Shown here in pieces: positions 21,511-31,754 of a stretch of 64,000 nt of DNA (position 1 is its first letter; each line of letters starts with the position of its first letter). The stretch is from assembly GCA_963840855.1 (NCBI GenBank), contig CAWJBB010000084.1:1-64000 (forward strand), given 5' to 3'. Position numbers and translations under genes: made by a program. The notes under the pieces were generated by a model. The model saw only the letters and a list, made by a program, of their open reading frames with translations, had not been told where the DNA came from and did not search any database. This stretch comes from an uncultured delta proteobacterium. Lineage in GTDB: Bacteria > Desulfobacterota > Binatia > UBA9968.

Positions 21511-21726
21511 TTCCCCTCCCGGAGAATTGTTTAGACTACCAGCGAACCATAAATGCGAGTAATTATCTAGCCGCCCAGCGCGCGATCTGCTTCATGAATT
21601 GGGCTCCAAACGTTTGAAACGATTGGAACTACTGGAACGATTGGAACGACCCCTCGTTAAAGTAAACTTTTTATTCCCTGTGTCGTCTAATTGAACAAAA
21701 CCAACCCATAAGGAGGGGGGGATTAT

Positions 21727-22230
21727 ATGAACAAAGTGAAGGCATGGTTCTTGGGCGGCGCAGTCTTAGCATCGGCGGCTATTGCGGTTCCGATGTTGTT
21801 GCACGCCGATGGCGACGGTCAGGGGCGATTTGGCCGGAGGCCGGGTGCGCACCAGCTGTTTGCCGGCGGCGCGCCGATTATCAGCGTCGCGCTCAAGCAT
21901 CAAAGCGAACTGAAGCTGACTGCGGATCAGGTAGCGAACCTGGAAAAGACCAGGACCCATTATCAGAGCCAGATCGAGCCGCTCCACCAGCAGCTCAGGA
22001 CGGGGGAAGGCGAAATCGCCAAACTGATGCAGGAGACGCCGGCGAATCTCGTCCAGCTAAAGATAAAGATTCAGGAAACCGAAAAACTCCGCTCCGAGCT
22101 TCGCTATCTGAGAGTCGAGGCGCTTGAGAATGGCAAATCCATCCTGACCAACGACCAGCGCGAGCAGTTGAAAAACATGTTCGCTTCCCAGCGCAGTCGA
22201 CGTCACAGAAATCACGGACAGCCGTCATAG
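21727..22230 (+). CDS. Spy/CpxP-like periplasmic helical protein
   Basis: Signal peptide; ELKLTADQ...ILTNDQREQL (LTxxQ motifs). Confidence 0.75.
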   Translation: MNKVKAWFLGGAVLASAAIAVPMLLHADGDGQGRFGRRPGAHQLFAGGAPIISVALKHQSELKLTADQVANLEKTRTHYQSQIEPLHQQLRTGEGEIAKLMQETPANLVQLKIKIQETEKLRSELRYLRVEALENGKSILTNDQREQLKNMFASQRSRRHRNHGQPS

Positions 22231-22253
22231 CATCGCGCCATTAGACACAGCGC

Positions 22254-22286
22254 GAAAGGCCCGGCTCCTTCGAGCCCGGGCCTTTC
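22254..22286. terminator. Intrinsic terminator hairpin
   Basis: GAAAGGCCCGG-CTCCTTCGAGC-CCGGGCCTTTC. Confidence 0.75.
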
Positions 22287-22429
22287 TGTTATATTGAATG
22301 ATTGCCGGTCGATCCTCGCGAGCCCGCCTCCTGTTACTGAAACGAAAAATCTCAGCCCTTGCGCAACCGATCGCAAACGAATAGCTTGCTTTTTGCTCGC
22401 AAATCAAACCCAGGGGAGTTACTCCGATT

Positions 22430-23428
22430 ATGGCTCAAGCGGAATTGATCGTTGACGTACATCATCATTACATGCCGGCGGCACTCTTCGACCGGCTGGC
22501 GGCCCAGGCGGGCGGCAAACGCATCGTTACCAAGGAAATCAGTCTGACGCTCCATCCTTCGCGCAAGGATTTGGCGGCGCATATCAGCACCATGGACGAG
22601 GCCGGCGTAACCGTCTCGATTCTCACCGATCAGGTGCAAGTCATGGGAGCAGAGGTCGCCAAAGCGCTAAACGACGGCGTCGCCGAGGTCGAACATAAGC
22701 ATCCCACGCGGTTTCGTAGCGCGATTCACTTGCCGATTCACGAGCCGGATGCGGCGAAGCGCGAGCTGGAACGGGGAATCAACGAGCTCGGACTGCGCGC
22801 CGTCGCGCTGCTCGCGTGCCATCTGGAAATACAGCTTGACAACCCGGTCATGTTTCCGCTCTATGAAATCATTCAGAAAAACAATCTGCCGATCATCATT
22901 CATCCGCAGTCGAAGCCCACGGGTTCGGAAACCACGTACAATTTAGATCGCTGCGTTTTTCGTCCCCTTGAAACGACGCAGGCAATCGTGCGCGTAATGA
23001 ATGCGGTTTTGCCCCGTTTTCCTGAGCTGCGTTTCATCATGCCGCATTTGGGCGGCGCGACTTCCTCCCTGAAGGGGCGCATGATGGCTTTCTTTGAGAC
23101 CGAAGACGCCGATATCCCTCCCGACATGAAAGGTTATCTAAAAACTCAATCGGAACAAAAGAAATTCGGCTTGACGGAGCGGTTCGAGAAACTTTTCAAG
23201 CGGCTCTACTTCGACACCGCCGGCACGGGCGCTTGGCTCCCGGCGATGGCAGCGGCCTTGAACATCACAGCGCCGGACCGCATCATGTTCGGGAGTGACT
23301 ATCCGTTGGAATGCAAAACGGCGGCAAATCTCACTGAGTCCCTGGAGATGATCCGGCAGGCACCCTGTTCCGCCCAGGAGAAAACCGCCATGCTAGGAAA
23401 AACCGCGGGGGAGTTGTTCAGTTTGTAA
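22430..23428 (+). CDS. Amidohydrolase_2 family (ACMSD/decarboxylase-like) protein
   Basis: DVHHH, IIHP, PHLGG and MFGSDYP motifs. Confidence 0.9.
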   Translation: MAQAELIVDVHHHYMPAALFDRLAAQAGGKRIVTKEISLTLHPSRKDLAAHISTMDEAGVTVSILTDQVQVMGAEVAKALNDGVAEVEHKHPTRFRSAIHLPIHEPDAAKRELERGINELGLRAVALLACHLEIQLDNPVMFPLYEIIQKNNLPIIIHPQSKPTGSETTYNLDRCVFRPLETTQAIVRVMNAVLPRFPELRFIMPHLGGATSSLKGRMMAFFETEDADIPPDMKGYLKTQSEQKKFGLTERFEKLFKRLYFDTAGTGAWLPAMAAALNITAPDRIMFGSDYPLECKTAANLTESLEMIRQAPCSAQEKTAMLGKTAGELFSL

Positions 23429-23590
23429 GAGCAAGTTATTGAATGGAGCAAAATCGAATCTATGTTCCAGCGCTTCGGGAATGCTGGAAGGCCGAACCAT
23501 CCGAGGCACGGGTGGCGGGGTTGAGCGGCAAAGAGACCTATTGAAAGTCTCATAGTCCCTTGCCTCCGGAAATAATCCCAGGCAATCGGT

Positions 23591-24154
23591 TCACGAGAGA
23601 GCTTGGCAACGGCTTAACGCAGCTAAAGATATTTCCACGAGCTTGTTCGGCTCCTTGTCGAACAGGACGACCCCACGGGTCGGTTTCTTGCAAAAACCGA
23701 TGATTTCCCGGATATGGTCCGCAATCCCGCCGCTGCCTTCAAGGACGCCGATGATTTTCCCTTCGTCGTACGCAATCGTAAATTCGTTCAATGTACCGGT
23801 GGCGCCGCCGAAGATAATCACGACGTCGGCGGAGCGGACGTTGATGACATTGCGGCCCTTGTAGCCGAAGCCGGTATAAATAATTACATCGGCGCCGTCC
23901 TCGGGCAATCCTAATCGACGATGCTCCGTTAAATCGGCCGCCGGCGAAACGCCCACCGCAAAGCCGCCCCCTGCGCGAAACGCTTTTGCCACCAAGTCCG
24001 GCAGCCCGGTTGTGGCGCCTGTGACCAGGACGCATTCTTCGCGTGCGAGTACCGATCCCAGTTCCTCGGCGAGTTTTTTGACCCGCTGTGCTTCCGATTG
24101 GGTCAGGGCATCGTTGGCGGAAGCGCCCATGACGCCGACAACCGGCTTGCGCAT
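23591..24154 (-). CDS. LOG/SLOG-family Rossmann-fold nucleotide-binding protein
   Basis: VGVMGAS, VTGATTG, GRNVINVRSAD, GGATGTLNE; start MRKPVVG. Confidence 0.85.
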   Translation of the reverse strand: MRKPVVGVMGASANDALTQSEAQRVKKLAEELGSVLAREECVLVTGATTGLPDLVAKAFRAGGGFAVGVSPAADLTEHRRLGLPEDGADVIIYTGFGYKGRNVINVRSADVVIIFGGATGTLNEFTIAYDEGKIIGVLEGSGGIADHIREIIGFCKKPTRGVVLFDKEPNKLVEISLAALSRCQALS

Positions 24155-24159
24155 GAGGA

Positions 24160-25377
24160 TTAAATTACCTTTTCCGCCCGAAGTTTCGCGGTGTCCTCGG
24201 CGTCGTAGCCCAGTTCGCGCAAAATCGCTTCGCTGTCTTCGCCCAAACCGGGAATCCGATCGTAGCGGGCTTCGCTGGCCGACATTTTGAGCGCGTTGGC
24301 GATCACCGGAACTTCGCCGACCGGCGATGCGGCCTCGCGAATAAGTTTTCGCGCCGCCACTTGCGGATGCGCCAGCACTTGAGCGATGCCGCGCACAATG
24401 CCGTAGGGCAATTCGGCATTTTTGAGTCGTTCGAGCCAATGCATATGATCTTTTTCGAGAAATAGTTTTTCAATCGATTCTTCCAGCTCGCCGCGGTTTC
24501 TCCGCCGGCCTTCAACCGTCGCGAAGCGCGGGTCTTCGAGCAGCTCCGGCTTTTCAATCACTTTGCGACAAAACACTTCCCAGTCCGCGGCGCTTGCCAC
24601 GGCGAGATTCACATACTGCCCGTCGCCCGCGAGATAGGGGCCGTAAGGCGTGACGTAGTGATGGCGCATGCCGACCCGCGCCGGTTCTTCGCCGGCATGC
24701 CAGAAGTGATGCGGAAAATAGCCGAGCCACGAAACGATGGAGTCGAACATAGAGACGTCGATCAACTGCCCTGCACCGGTCTTTTCTCTCTGATAAAGCG
24801 CGAGCAGAATGCCGATGGCCGCGTACATTCCCGACGCGATATCGGCGATGGCGATGCCCGCCCGCGCGGGCTTGTCCGGATAACCGGTCGTAGCGATAAT
24901 ACCGCCCTCGCCTTGAATCAAGAGATCATACGCTTTCACGTCGCGATACGGTCCGTCCTGGCCGTAACCCGACAGCGAGCAATAGATCAGGCGCGGGTTG
25001 ATCCCGCTAAGCGTTTCGTACCCAATCCCCAATCGGCCGGCGACGCCTGGCGCATAATTTTCAAAAAAAATATCCGATCGCTTGGCTAGTTCCTGGATAA
25101 TCTCCCGCCCCTTCGTCTGCTTGACATCTACGGTAAGACTGCGCTTGTTTCTATTGAGCCAAACGTAACCCGAAGACAGACCCTTGACGACGGAATCCCA
25201 CGAGCGAATCACATCGCCCACGCCCGGCCGCTCGACCTTGATCACTTCCGCGCCCATGTCCGCGAGCAAACATGTGGCAAACGGACCGGACAGCACCTGT
25301 TCAAAGGCGAGAATCTTGACGCCGTCTAAAGCGCGACTTGGTTGTGAATTGGACGCCACATTTACCTCATGTTTCAC
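24160..25377 (-). CDS. CaiB/BaiF family III CoA-transferase
   Basis: LADMGAEVIKVE, LNRNKRSL, GYGQDGPY and IADIASG motifs. Confidence 0.93.
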   Translation of the reverse strand: MKHEVNVASNSQPSRALDGVKILAFEQVLSGPFATCLLADMGAEVIKVERPGVGDVIRSWDSVVKGLSSGYVWLNRNKRSLTVDVKQTKGREIIQELAKRSDIFFENYAPGVAGRLGIGYETLSGINPRLIYCSLSGYGQDGPYRDVKAYDLLIQGEGGIIATTGYPDKPARAGIAIADIASGMYAAIGILLALYQREKTGAGQLIDVSMFDSIVSWLGYFPHHFWHAGEEPARVGMRHHYVTPYGPYLAGDGQYVNLAVASAADWEVFCRKVIEKPELLEDPRFATVEGRRRNRGELEESIEKLFLEKDHMHWLERLKNAELPYGIVRGIAQVLAHPQVAARKLIREAASPVGEVPVIANALKMSASEARYDRIPGLGEDSEAILRELGYDAEDTAKLRAEKVI

Positions 25378-25378
25378 G

Positions 25379-25445
25379 TTGAACCTTGAACTTTGAACCT
25401 TGAACAGCGCCGAGTCCGTTCAAAGTTCAAGGTTCAATGTTCAAA
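25379..25445. repeat. Inverted heptamer tandem repeats (TTGAAC[C/T])n / (GTTCAA[A/G/T])n
   Basis: Four heptamers in each orientation within a 74-bp intergenic gap. Confidence 0.85.
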
Positions 25446-25451
25446 GCATGT

Positions 25452-25958
25452 CTATTTACCTTCCTTAATCTCTGGAAACAGATCAGCCTTCGGCGCATGG
25501 GCTTTCTTCCAAACCATCACACTGCGAGCGTAGTCTATGACGACTTTGCCGTCTTGCTGGATGCCACGGGTGCGAACTTTGACGATACCCCACTGCGGCT
25601 TGGATTTCGATTCGCGCTTGTCCAGGACTTCGGATTCCGAATAGAGCGTGTCCCCCGCGAAGAGCGGGTTGGGCAGCTTGATCTCATCCCAGCCGAGGGC
25701 GAAGCCGTTTTCGCTGACATCGGCGACGCCCATGCCGGCGACGATAGCGAGGGTGAGCGCGCTGTTGATGAGACACTTGCCGAATTCCGTGCGCTTGCCG
25801 TACTCGTTGTTAAAATGAATCTGGTTCGTGTTGTTAGTCAATAGTGTAAACCAGATATTATCCGCTTCCGTTACGGTCCGACCGAGGCGGCAACGGTATA
25901 TATCCCCTACTTCAAAGTCCTCGAAAAAACGGCCTTCCCAGCCGGGCTTGACGGCCAT
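25452..25958 (-). CDS. MaoC-family (R)-hydratase (RipB/Ich-like)
   Basis: GRFFEDFEVGD...GRTVTEADNIWFTLLT.N...HF; GDTLYSESEVL. Confidence 0.9.
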   Translation of the reverse strand: MAVKPGWEGRFFEDFEVGDIYRCRLGRTVTEADNIWFTLLTNNTNQIHFNNEYGKRTEFGKCLINSALTLAIVAGMGVADVSENGFALGWDEIKLPNPLFAGDTLYSESEVLDKRESKSKPQWGIVKVRTRGIQQDGKVVIDYARSVMVWKKAHAPKADLFPEIKEGK

Positions 25959-26021
25959 GACGTTCCTCCTCTATTGGCAATCCGCGGGTTGCGCTATAGT
26001 CTACGCCAATTATAGGAGGCG

Positions 26022-27185
26022 GTGATGGATTTCAACCTAACCACCGAGCAGCAGCAGATTCGCGAAGAGATCAAAAGGGTCTGCAAAGAATTTGCAGACG
26101 CCTACTGGCGCGAAGTCGACCGGAACAAAGCCTACCCGGAAGCCTTTGTAAAAAAACTATCAGAGCTGGGCTGGCTGGCGGCGTTGATTCCCGAGGAATA
26201 TGGCGGCACGGGCCTCGGCATCACCGAAGCGAGTATTATTCTCGAAGAGATCAACCATTCGGGCGGTGTCGCCACGGCCTGCCACGCCCAGATGTACACC
26301 ATGGGCACGCTTTTGCGCCATGGGAACGATGAGCAAAAAAAACGCTACCTGCCCAAGATCGCCACCGGCGAGTTGCGTCTGCAAGCCTTCGGCATAACCG
26401 AACCCGACGCCGGATCGGAATCGACGCGCATCCAAACCACGGCCGCGCGCAAAGGCGATAAATACATCATCAACGGTCAGAAGATTTTCATTTCCCGGGT
26501 TTTGCAGTCCGATCTGATGCTCCTGCTCGCGCGCACGACGCCGTATGACGAGTTGCAGGATAAAACCCGCGGCCTTTCGGCGTTCATCGTCGACTTGAAG
26601 GAAAATAAAGGAAAACTTGAAGTTAAGCCGCTGGACCTTATGATCAACCACCACACCAACGCGCTGTTCTTCGACAACGTTGAAGTGCCGGTGGAAAATA
26701 TCATCGGCGCGGAAGGCATGGGCTTTCGTTACATCATCGACGGTTGGAACGCGGAGAGAATTCTCGTCGCCGCCGAGGCCGTCGGCGATGGCCGGTGGTT
26801 TATCGAACGGGCCGCCAAGTATGCCAGCGAGCGCAACGTCTTCGGCAAACCTATCGGCTCCAACCAGGGCGTTCAATTCCCCATCGCCAAGGCCTACGCC
26901 AATATCGAGGCCGCCGATCTGGTGCGCTACCAGGCAGCGACCAAATTCGACCGCCAAGAAAAATGTGGCGCCGAAGCGAATTTGGCGAAGTACCTCGCCT
27001 CAGAAGCGGCCTGGGAAGCCGCGAACGCTTGCCTTACCACCCACGGTGGTTACGGTTTCGCTGTGGAATATGATGTGGAGAGAAAATTCCGCGAGACACG
27101 CCTACTGACCGTTGCGCCCGTAAGCAACAACTTAGTTTTGGCTTATCTTGGGCAGCATGTATTGGGAATGCCGAAATCCTACTAA
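26022..27185 (+). CDS. Acyl-CoA dehydrogenase
   Basis: IPEEYGG, FGITEPDAGS, NGQKIFIS, HGGYGFA and ERKFRE motifs. Confidence 0.95.
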   Translation: MMDFNLTTEQQQIREEIKRVCKEFADAYWREVDRNKAYPEAFVKKLSELGWLAALIPEEYGGTGLGITEASIILEEINHSGGVATACHAQMYTMGTLLRHGNDEQKKRYLPKIATGELRLQAFGITEPDAGSESTRIQTTAARKGDKYIINGQKIFISRVLQSDLMLLLARTTPYDELQDKTRGLSAFIVDLKENKGKLEVKPLDLMINHHTNALFFDNVEVPVENIIGAEGMGFRYIIDGWNAERILVAAEAVGDGRWFIERAAKYASERNVFGKPIGSNQGVQFPIAKAYANIEAADLVRYQAATKFDRQEKCGAEANLAKYLASEAAWEAANACLTTHGGYGFAVEYDVERKFRETRLLTVAPVSNNLVLAYLGQHVLGMPKSY

Positions 27186-27354
27186 TCACAGTTTCGAGAG
27201 CCGTAAAGAGCCTGGATGCCAGAATCCGGAAAGGCTTACGCCTCAAGCGCCAATCGCGCGAACATTCCGTCTAGGGTCTTGATTTAACTCGAGACTCGGG
27301 GACGCTGGACGCTGGACCCTCGACCCTAGATCCCGGTCGCTAAACCCGGGTCCC

Positions 27355-28533
27355 TTAGTTCTGCTTTAGCCTCCTCACGACCAACACCGCTAACAAAAAT
27401 AGCGCCGTCGAACCCAGCGAGCCGACGACGAAGACGCTGGCGATTCCAGTGGCGTGAGCGATGAAGCCGCCGATGGCTGGTCCCAAAATATTGCCGAGAT
27501 CGCCGGCGGCGTTGTAGACACCCGAGGCCAGCCCGCGCCGCACCCGGCTTTCGGGAACGTCCTCTACCAGGCCGACTGCGTTGGCCACGACCACGATGGC
27601 CCGCATAAATCCCGATGCCACGTATACAACCAGAATTGGACCAAAAGCGGTAAAAAGCGGCACGAGCATCAGAATCAACGACTGGAGTGGAAGCCCGAAG
27701 TAAGACAAGCCGCGGTGGCCGATCTTGTTGACGACATGGCCGCTGATAGGGCGAGTAACGGCATTACCGCCAGCATAGGCGGCGCGAATCACGCCGATCT
27801 GGGTCAAGCTCATCCCCACTGCTAGGCCGTACAAAGAGATAAAAACTCCACCCATCTGATGCAGCAGATTGAGAAACAAGGCGACGATGACTACCGTGCA
27901 AAGCTTGGGCTCCAGTAAAACTTTAAGTGATTCTTTAGATGTGAGTATGGCTTTGTCTCGCTCCTTTGACTTGCCCTTCCCTGTTCCAACCCGCCCATGG
28001 AAAAACCACAGCAGAGCAACCGCCACCAGCGAGAGCAGCGCTGCTAATTGAAATGTCGTGCCAAAGTCCCAATGATCGGCAATCAGCCCGCCAAAAAAAT
28101 TTCCCGTCGAATAACCCAGCGCTAGGCTGCCGACATAATATCCCATGGCATGATTGCGGTTTTCATCCGGCGCCAGCGAGTCCACGTAAAAAGCCATGTA
28201 GAGAGTCGTCACCGCGCCGTAAGAAAAGCCGTTTAAGCTATGAACGAGCGCAAATGTCAAACCATCGGTCGCGAAGCTGTAGAGAAAATTGGTGCAGCCC
28301 ATCGCCAACACCGCCAGCGATACCAGGACGCGGGCGCGCGCTTGGTTATAGGCCATGCCCATAGGCAGCCGCGACATGAGCGCCAGCACTGGGCCGAGGG
28401 AAATGAGCGTGCCGATGGCAGCCACGGGAATACGCATGTGATCGAGATACGGCGGAATGATAGTCGAGGCGGAATTGCTCTGGATCGTAACGGCAACGAT
28501 GGGCACTAGAAGTTTCAGCGTGCTTAATTTCAT
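27355..28533 (-). CDS. MFS transporter
   Basis: About 12 hydrophobic segments; likely start MKLSTLK at 28533 (the called ORF runs into the divergent gene). Confidence 0.85.
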   Translation of the reverse strand: MKLSTLKLLVPIVAVTIQSNSASTIIPPYLDHMRIPVAAIGTLISLGPVLALMSRLPMGMAYNQARARVLVSLAVLAMGCTNFLYSFATDGLTFALVHSLNGFSYGAVTTLYMAFYVDSLAPDENRNHAMGYYVGSLALGYSTGNFFGGLIADHWDFGTTFQLAALLSLVAVALLWFFHGRVGTGKGKSKERDKAILTSKESLKVLLEPKLCTVVIVALFLNLLHQMGGVFISLYGLAVGMSLTQIGVIRAAYAGGNAVTRPISGHVVNKIGHRGLSYFGLPLQSLILMLVPLFTAFGPILVVYVASGFMRAIVVVANAVGLVEDVPESRVRRGLASGVYNAAGDLGNILGPAIGGFIAHATGIASVFVVGSLGSTALFLLAVLVVRRLKQN

Positions 28534-28645
28534 ATCTGTTGAGTTATTCTCCAAAATTCGCGACAGCGCAAATCCGCTCACAGCGCAAGCCCGGATAGAC
28601 ATTTCCTCGACCTTCAGGTAATGAGACTCGGGAGGAGAATATCGA

Positions 28646-29530
28646 ATGGAATTACTCCGCTCATGGATGTTCGTGCCGGGCCACCGCCAACGAATGATCG
28701 ACAAAGCGCTGGGGCTCAACGCCGACGCCATCATGCTAGACATCGAAGACGGCGTGGCGCCCAACGAGAAAGATCAGGCGCGGAAAAACATCGGCGAATC
28801 CCTTGGTCGCAAAAAAACGCCCGGCTCCTCTGCTCGCTACGTGCGCATCAACGCCATCGGCCACCCGCGGATGGACGCTGACCTGGATGCCGTTGTCCGG
28901 CCTGGGTTGGAAGGTTTGGTGTTACCAAAAGTCGACACCGTGGCCGAAGCGCGCAAAGTCGATGCGATCCTCACCGATCGTGAATCCAAACGGAGGATGC
29001 CCTCCGGCGGTATCAAACTCCTCATTGCCATCGAGAGCCCCAAGGGACTGCTCAATGCGCCAGCCATCGCAGCAAGTTCCTCCCGCGTCACCGGTTTGAT
29101 GTTTGGCGCAGAGGATTTTGGCCGCGAGATCGGACTTCCGGCGGTACGCGAAGGCGAAGCCCGCGATCTGATTTTCGCGCGCTCAGCAATGGTCATCGCC
29201 GCGGCGTCAGCTCATGTTCAAGCCATCGACGGCGTCTGGGTCGATTTAAACGACGGCCCCGGACTTCTGGGTTTTGCCAAGCAGTCGCGCCGGCTCGGCT
29301 TCTCCGGTATGTCGTGTATTCATCCATCGCAAGTCGATGCCATCAATACGACCTTCAGCCCGACGGCGGAAGAAATCGATTACTGCCAAAAAGTTTTGCA
29401 AGCCTTTGAAGAAGCCAATGCTCGGGGCGACGGCTCGATAGCCTTCGGCGGCCAGCTGATCGACCGGCCCATCGTCGAGCGCGCCCGGCGCACTATCGAC
29501 ATGGCCAAGTCCCTCGGACTTTTAAAATAA
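28646..29530 (+). CDS. CitE/HpcH family CoA-ester lyase (citryl-/citramalyl-CoA lyase-like)
   Basis: RSWMFVPG, LDIEDGV, YVRIN, FGAEDF and IHPSQ motifs. Confidence 0.92.
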   Translation: MELLRSWMFVPGHRQRMIDKALGLNADAIMLDIEDGVAPNEKDQARKNIGESLGRKKTPGSSARYVRINAIGHPRMDADLDAVVRPGLEGLVLPKVDTVAEARKVDAILTDRESKRRMPSGGIKLLIAIESPKGLLNAPAIAASSSRVTGLMFGAEDFGREIGLPAVREGEARDLIFARSAMVIAAASAHVQAIDGVWVDLNDGPGLLGFAKQSRRLGFSGMSCIHPSQVDAINTTFSPTAEEIDYCQKVLQAFEEANARGDGSIAFGGQLIDRPIVERARRTIDMAKSLGLLK

Positions 29531-29563
29531 GTTTTCCCCGTCAATATTATCAGGAAACGACAG

Positions 29564-30496
29564 ATGAAAACCGGATTACTGCCAATACTCGCGCTGATTT
29601 GGTTATTGAGCACTGGAGCCGCGGCTCCCGTTCGGATGACGCCGGTCAAAGTTACCGACGGCGTTTACATGTTCGAGCACTCGCAAGGCTCAGGCAACTC
29701 CACAGTCGTTATCACCAACGATGGCGTGGTGGTGTTGGACTTCCATATCGACAACGCCGACCAGACCCTTGCCGGCATTCGCAAGCTCACGGACAAGAAA
29801 GTCAAGTATTTGATAACTTCACACAGCGCCGGCGACCACGCTTCCGGCTCCTGGCATTTCCGCGAGGACAATCCGGTTTGGATTGCCACCAAGAATCAAA
29901 CGCACGACCTGCAAATGCAGGAGCTAAAGGGATTCAACGAGCGAAAAAACTCCAGCGACCCGCGGTACGCGGCCTACAAGAAAGCCGAGCAGGGCCAGCC
30001 GGATCTTGCCTTTGACGGCGCGATGACGCTCTACTTCGGCGGGCTGACGTTTGTAATCACTGCCGAAGGCCGCGGCCACAGCACCGGCGATCTGACGGTA
30101 TATATTCCCCAGAAGCGCGTCATGCTCATGGGCGATCTTTTGGACACGGAAATCCATCCGGGCCAGGGCGAATCCGGCGAGATTTTTTATTCCAACGTGC
30201 AGGGTTGGATCAATATCCTCGACAACATCATGCGGCGCAATTTGGCAGTGGAGACCTATATTCCCGGTCATGGCCCTGTGCATATCGGACGCGGCGTCAA
30301 AGACCTCGAAGAACAAAAGCGCTACTTTGTCGTCATGAGAGACGAAATCGCCAAGATGGTCCAGGCCGGCAAGACCCTCGAACAGGTCGAAAAGGAATTT
30401 AAGATTCCGCAGGAATTCGCCCACTATAAGCGGCCGGAAAGACTCCGGCAGTTTTACAAGCTCTTCTACCATCAACTGGCTGAAACCGGCTATTAG
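29564..30496 (+). CDS. Secreted metallo-beta-lactamase-fold hydrolase
   Basis: Signal peptide; SHSAGDHASG, GHSTGD and IPGHG motifs. Confidence 0.85.
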   Translation: MKTGLLPILALIWLLSTGAAAPVRMTPVKVTDGVYMFEHSQGSGNSTVVITNDGVVVLDFHIDNADQTLAGIRKLTDKKVKYLITSHSAGDHASGSWHFREDNPVWIATKNQTHDLQMQELKGFNERKNSSDPRYAAYKKAEQGQPDLAFDGAMTLYFGGLTFVITAEGRGHSTGDLTVYIPQKRVMLMGDLLDTEIHPGQGESGEIFYSNVQGWINILDNIMRRNLAVETYIPGHGPVHIGRGVKDLEEQKRYFVVMRDEIAKMVQAGKTLEQVEKEFKIPQEFAHYKRPERLRQFYKLFYHQLAETGY

Positions 30497-30526
30497 CCGT
30501 TCAATGGGATATCGAGGAGAAACATA

Positions 30527-31574
30527 ATGAAAGTTTTGTTTAGCGCGGTTCTTATCGCACTCGGCGTGGCGTCCAGCGGCTGGGCACAAAGCAAGATGTC
30601 ACTCGCGCAACTGGCAGCCTATAACAAGCCGGACCGCGAAAAGGTCCTGTACGGCGGCGCGAAAGCCGAAGGCAAAATCATGTGGTACACTTCGCTGGCC
30701 GGCGGCTCTTACAAGGAGTTGGCCAACGCCTTCGAGGCGCGATATCCCGGCGTCAAAGTGGAAGCCTATCGCGGCACGCGCCAAGAGCTCGGCGCGAGAA
30801 TCATGGCGGAAACCCAGGCCAACCGGCCGATCGTCGATACCATCGAGACCACCCTGCCGCTATTGAAACTCCTGCGCGACAACAAGCTGCTCGTGCCTTA
30901 CTATTTTCCGACGCAGGCTAAGTACCCAGAGCATGTGAAAGAAAAAGGGCCGAAGGGCCTTTACTTCTGGGCCATCGACCGCGAGTCCCATATCGGTCTC
31001 GCGTACAACAAAAACTCCATTCCCGAGCCACCTAGCGCCGAAGAACTACGACGGCCTGCTGCGGCCCGAACTCAAGGACAAGATCGGTTTTGCCGGCAGC
31101 GACACCGGCGTAACGGTTGTCGGCGCAATGATCAAAGTGAGGGGTGAAGAGTACTTAAAAAAACTACGGGGTCAGAATCCGGTGGTGCACAACGTTTCCG
31201 GTCGGGCGCTTCTCGATCTTGTGATTTCCGGAGAGATCGGCGTGTCGCCCACCACTTTCCGCAATCACGTGGAAGTGTCTCTCAAAGCCAACGCGCCCAT
31301 CGAATGGATACCGATGGATGTCGTTCCCTCCAACTCTGGCTCTACGGCGGTTTCAGCGCAAGCGCCTCACCCGCATGCCGCATTGCTCCTGGCGGACTTC
31401 ATCCTTGGCGAAGGCGGGCAAAAAGTCCTGGCGGAATATGAATACGGCAGCCCGCTGAAAGAATACGGTTTCAAGCGCTGGTATCCGGAGCAAGGCTTGA
31501 CCACCGATCAATACGAAAAGCTCGATGCGCGGTGGAATAAGGAACTGCGTGCGCTAACCCGAAAATCATCTTAA
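30527..31574 (+). CDS. ABC-type extracellular solute-binding protein (Fe3+/thiamine-like), frameshifted near 31030
   Basis: AKAEGKIMWYTS...APHPHAALLLADF across ORFs 30527-31147 and 31128-31574. Confidence 0.8.
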
Positions 31575-31754
31575 AGCTATCCTTTAAGTTCTGCGCGCCG
31601 GCGGTTTCTCGACAAACCTAAGGGTAAAAGGTCGCGGCCGGTTTCTTTTTTCCGTCAAATCTTTCCGCTGCAATCATGGCTGATCGCAAGGTAGATTTTC
31701 CCGTCTCCTTCAAGTAATCAGGGTCTATAATCAGACGAAGTTCGGGAGGATTCT

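Noticed and set aside
23591-24439. Extended N-termini from the ORF track (SLOG protein; also MFS 28764, cupin 36437, TAXI 49457, MFS 43647)
   Set aside because: The extensions overlap neighbouring genes or lack family similarity. Downstream starts fit the family N-termini better.
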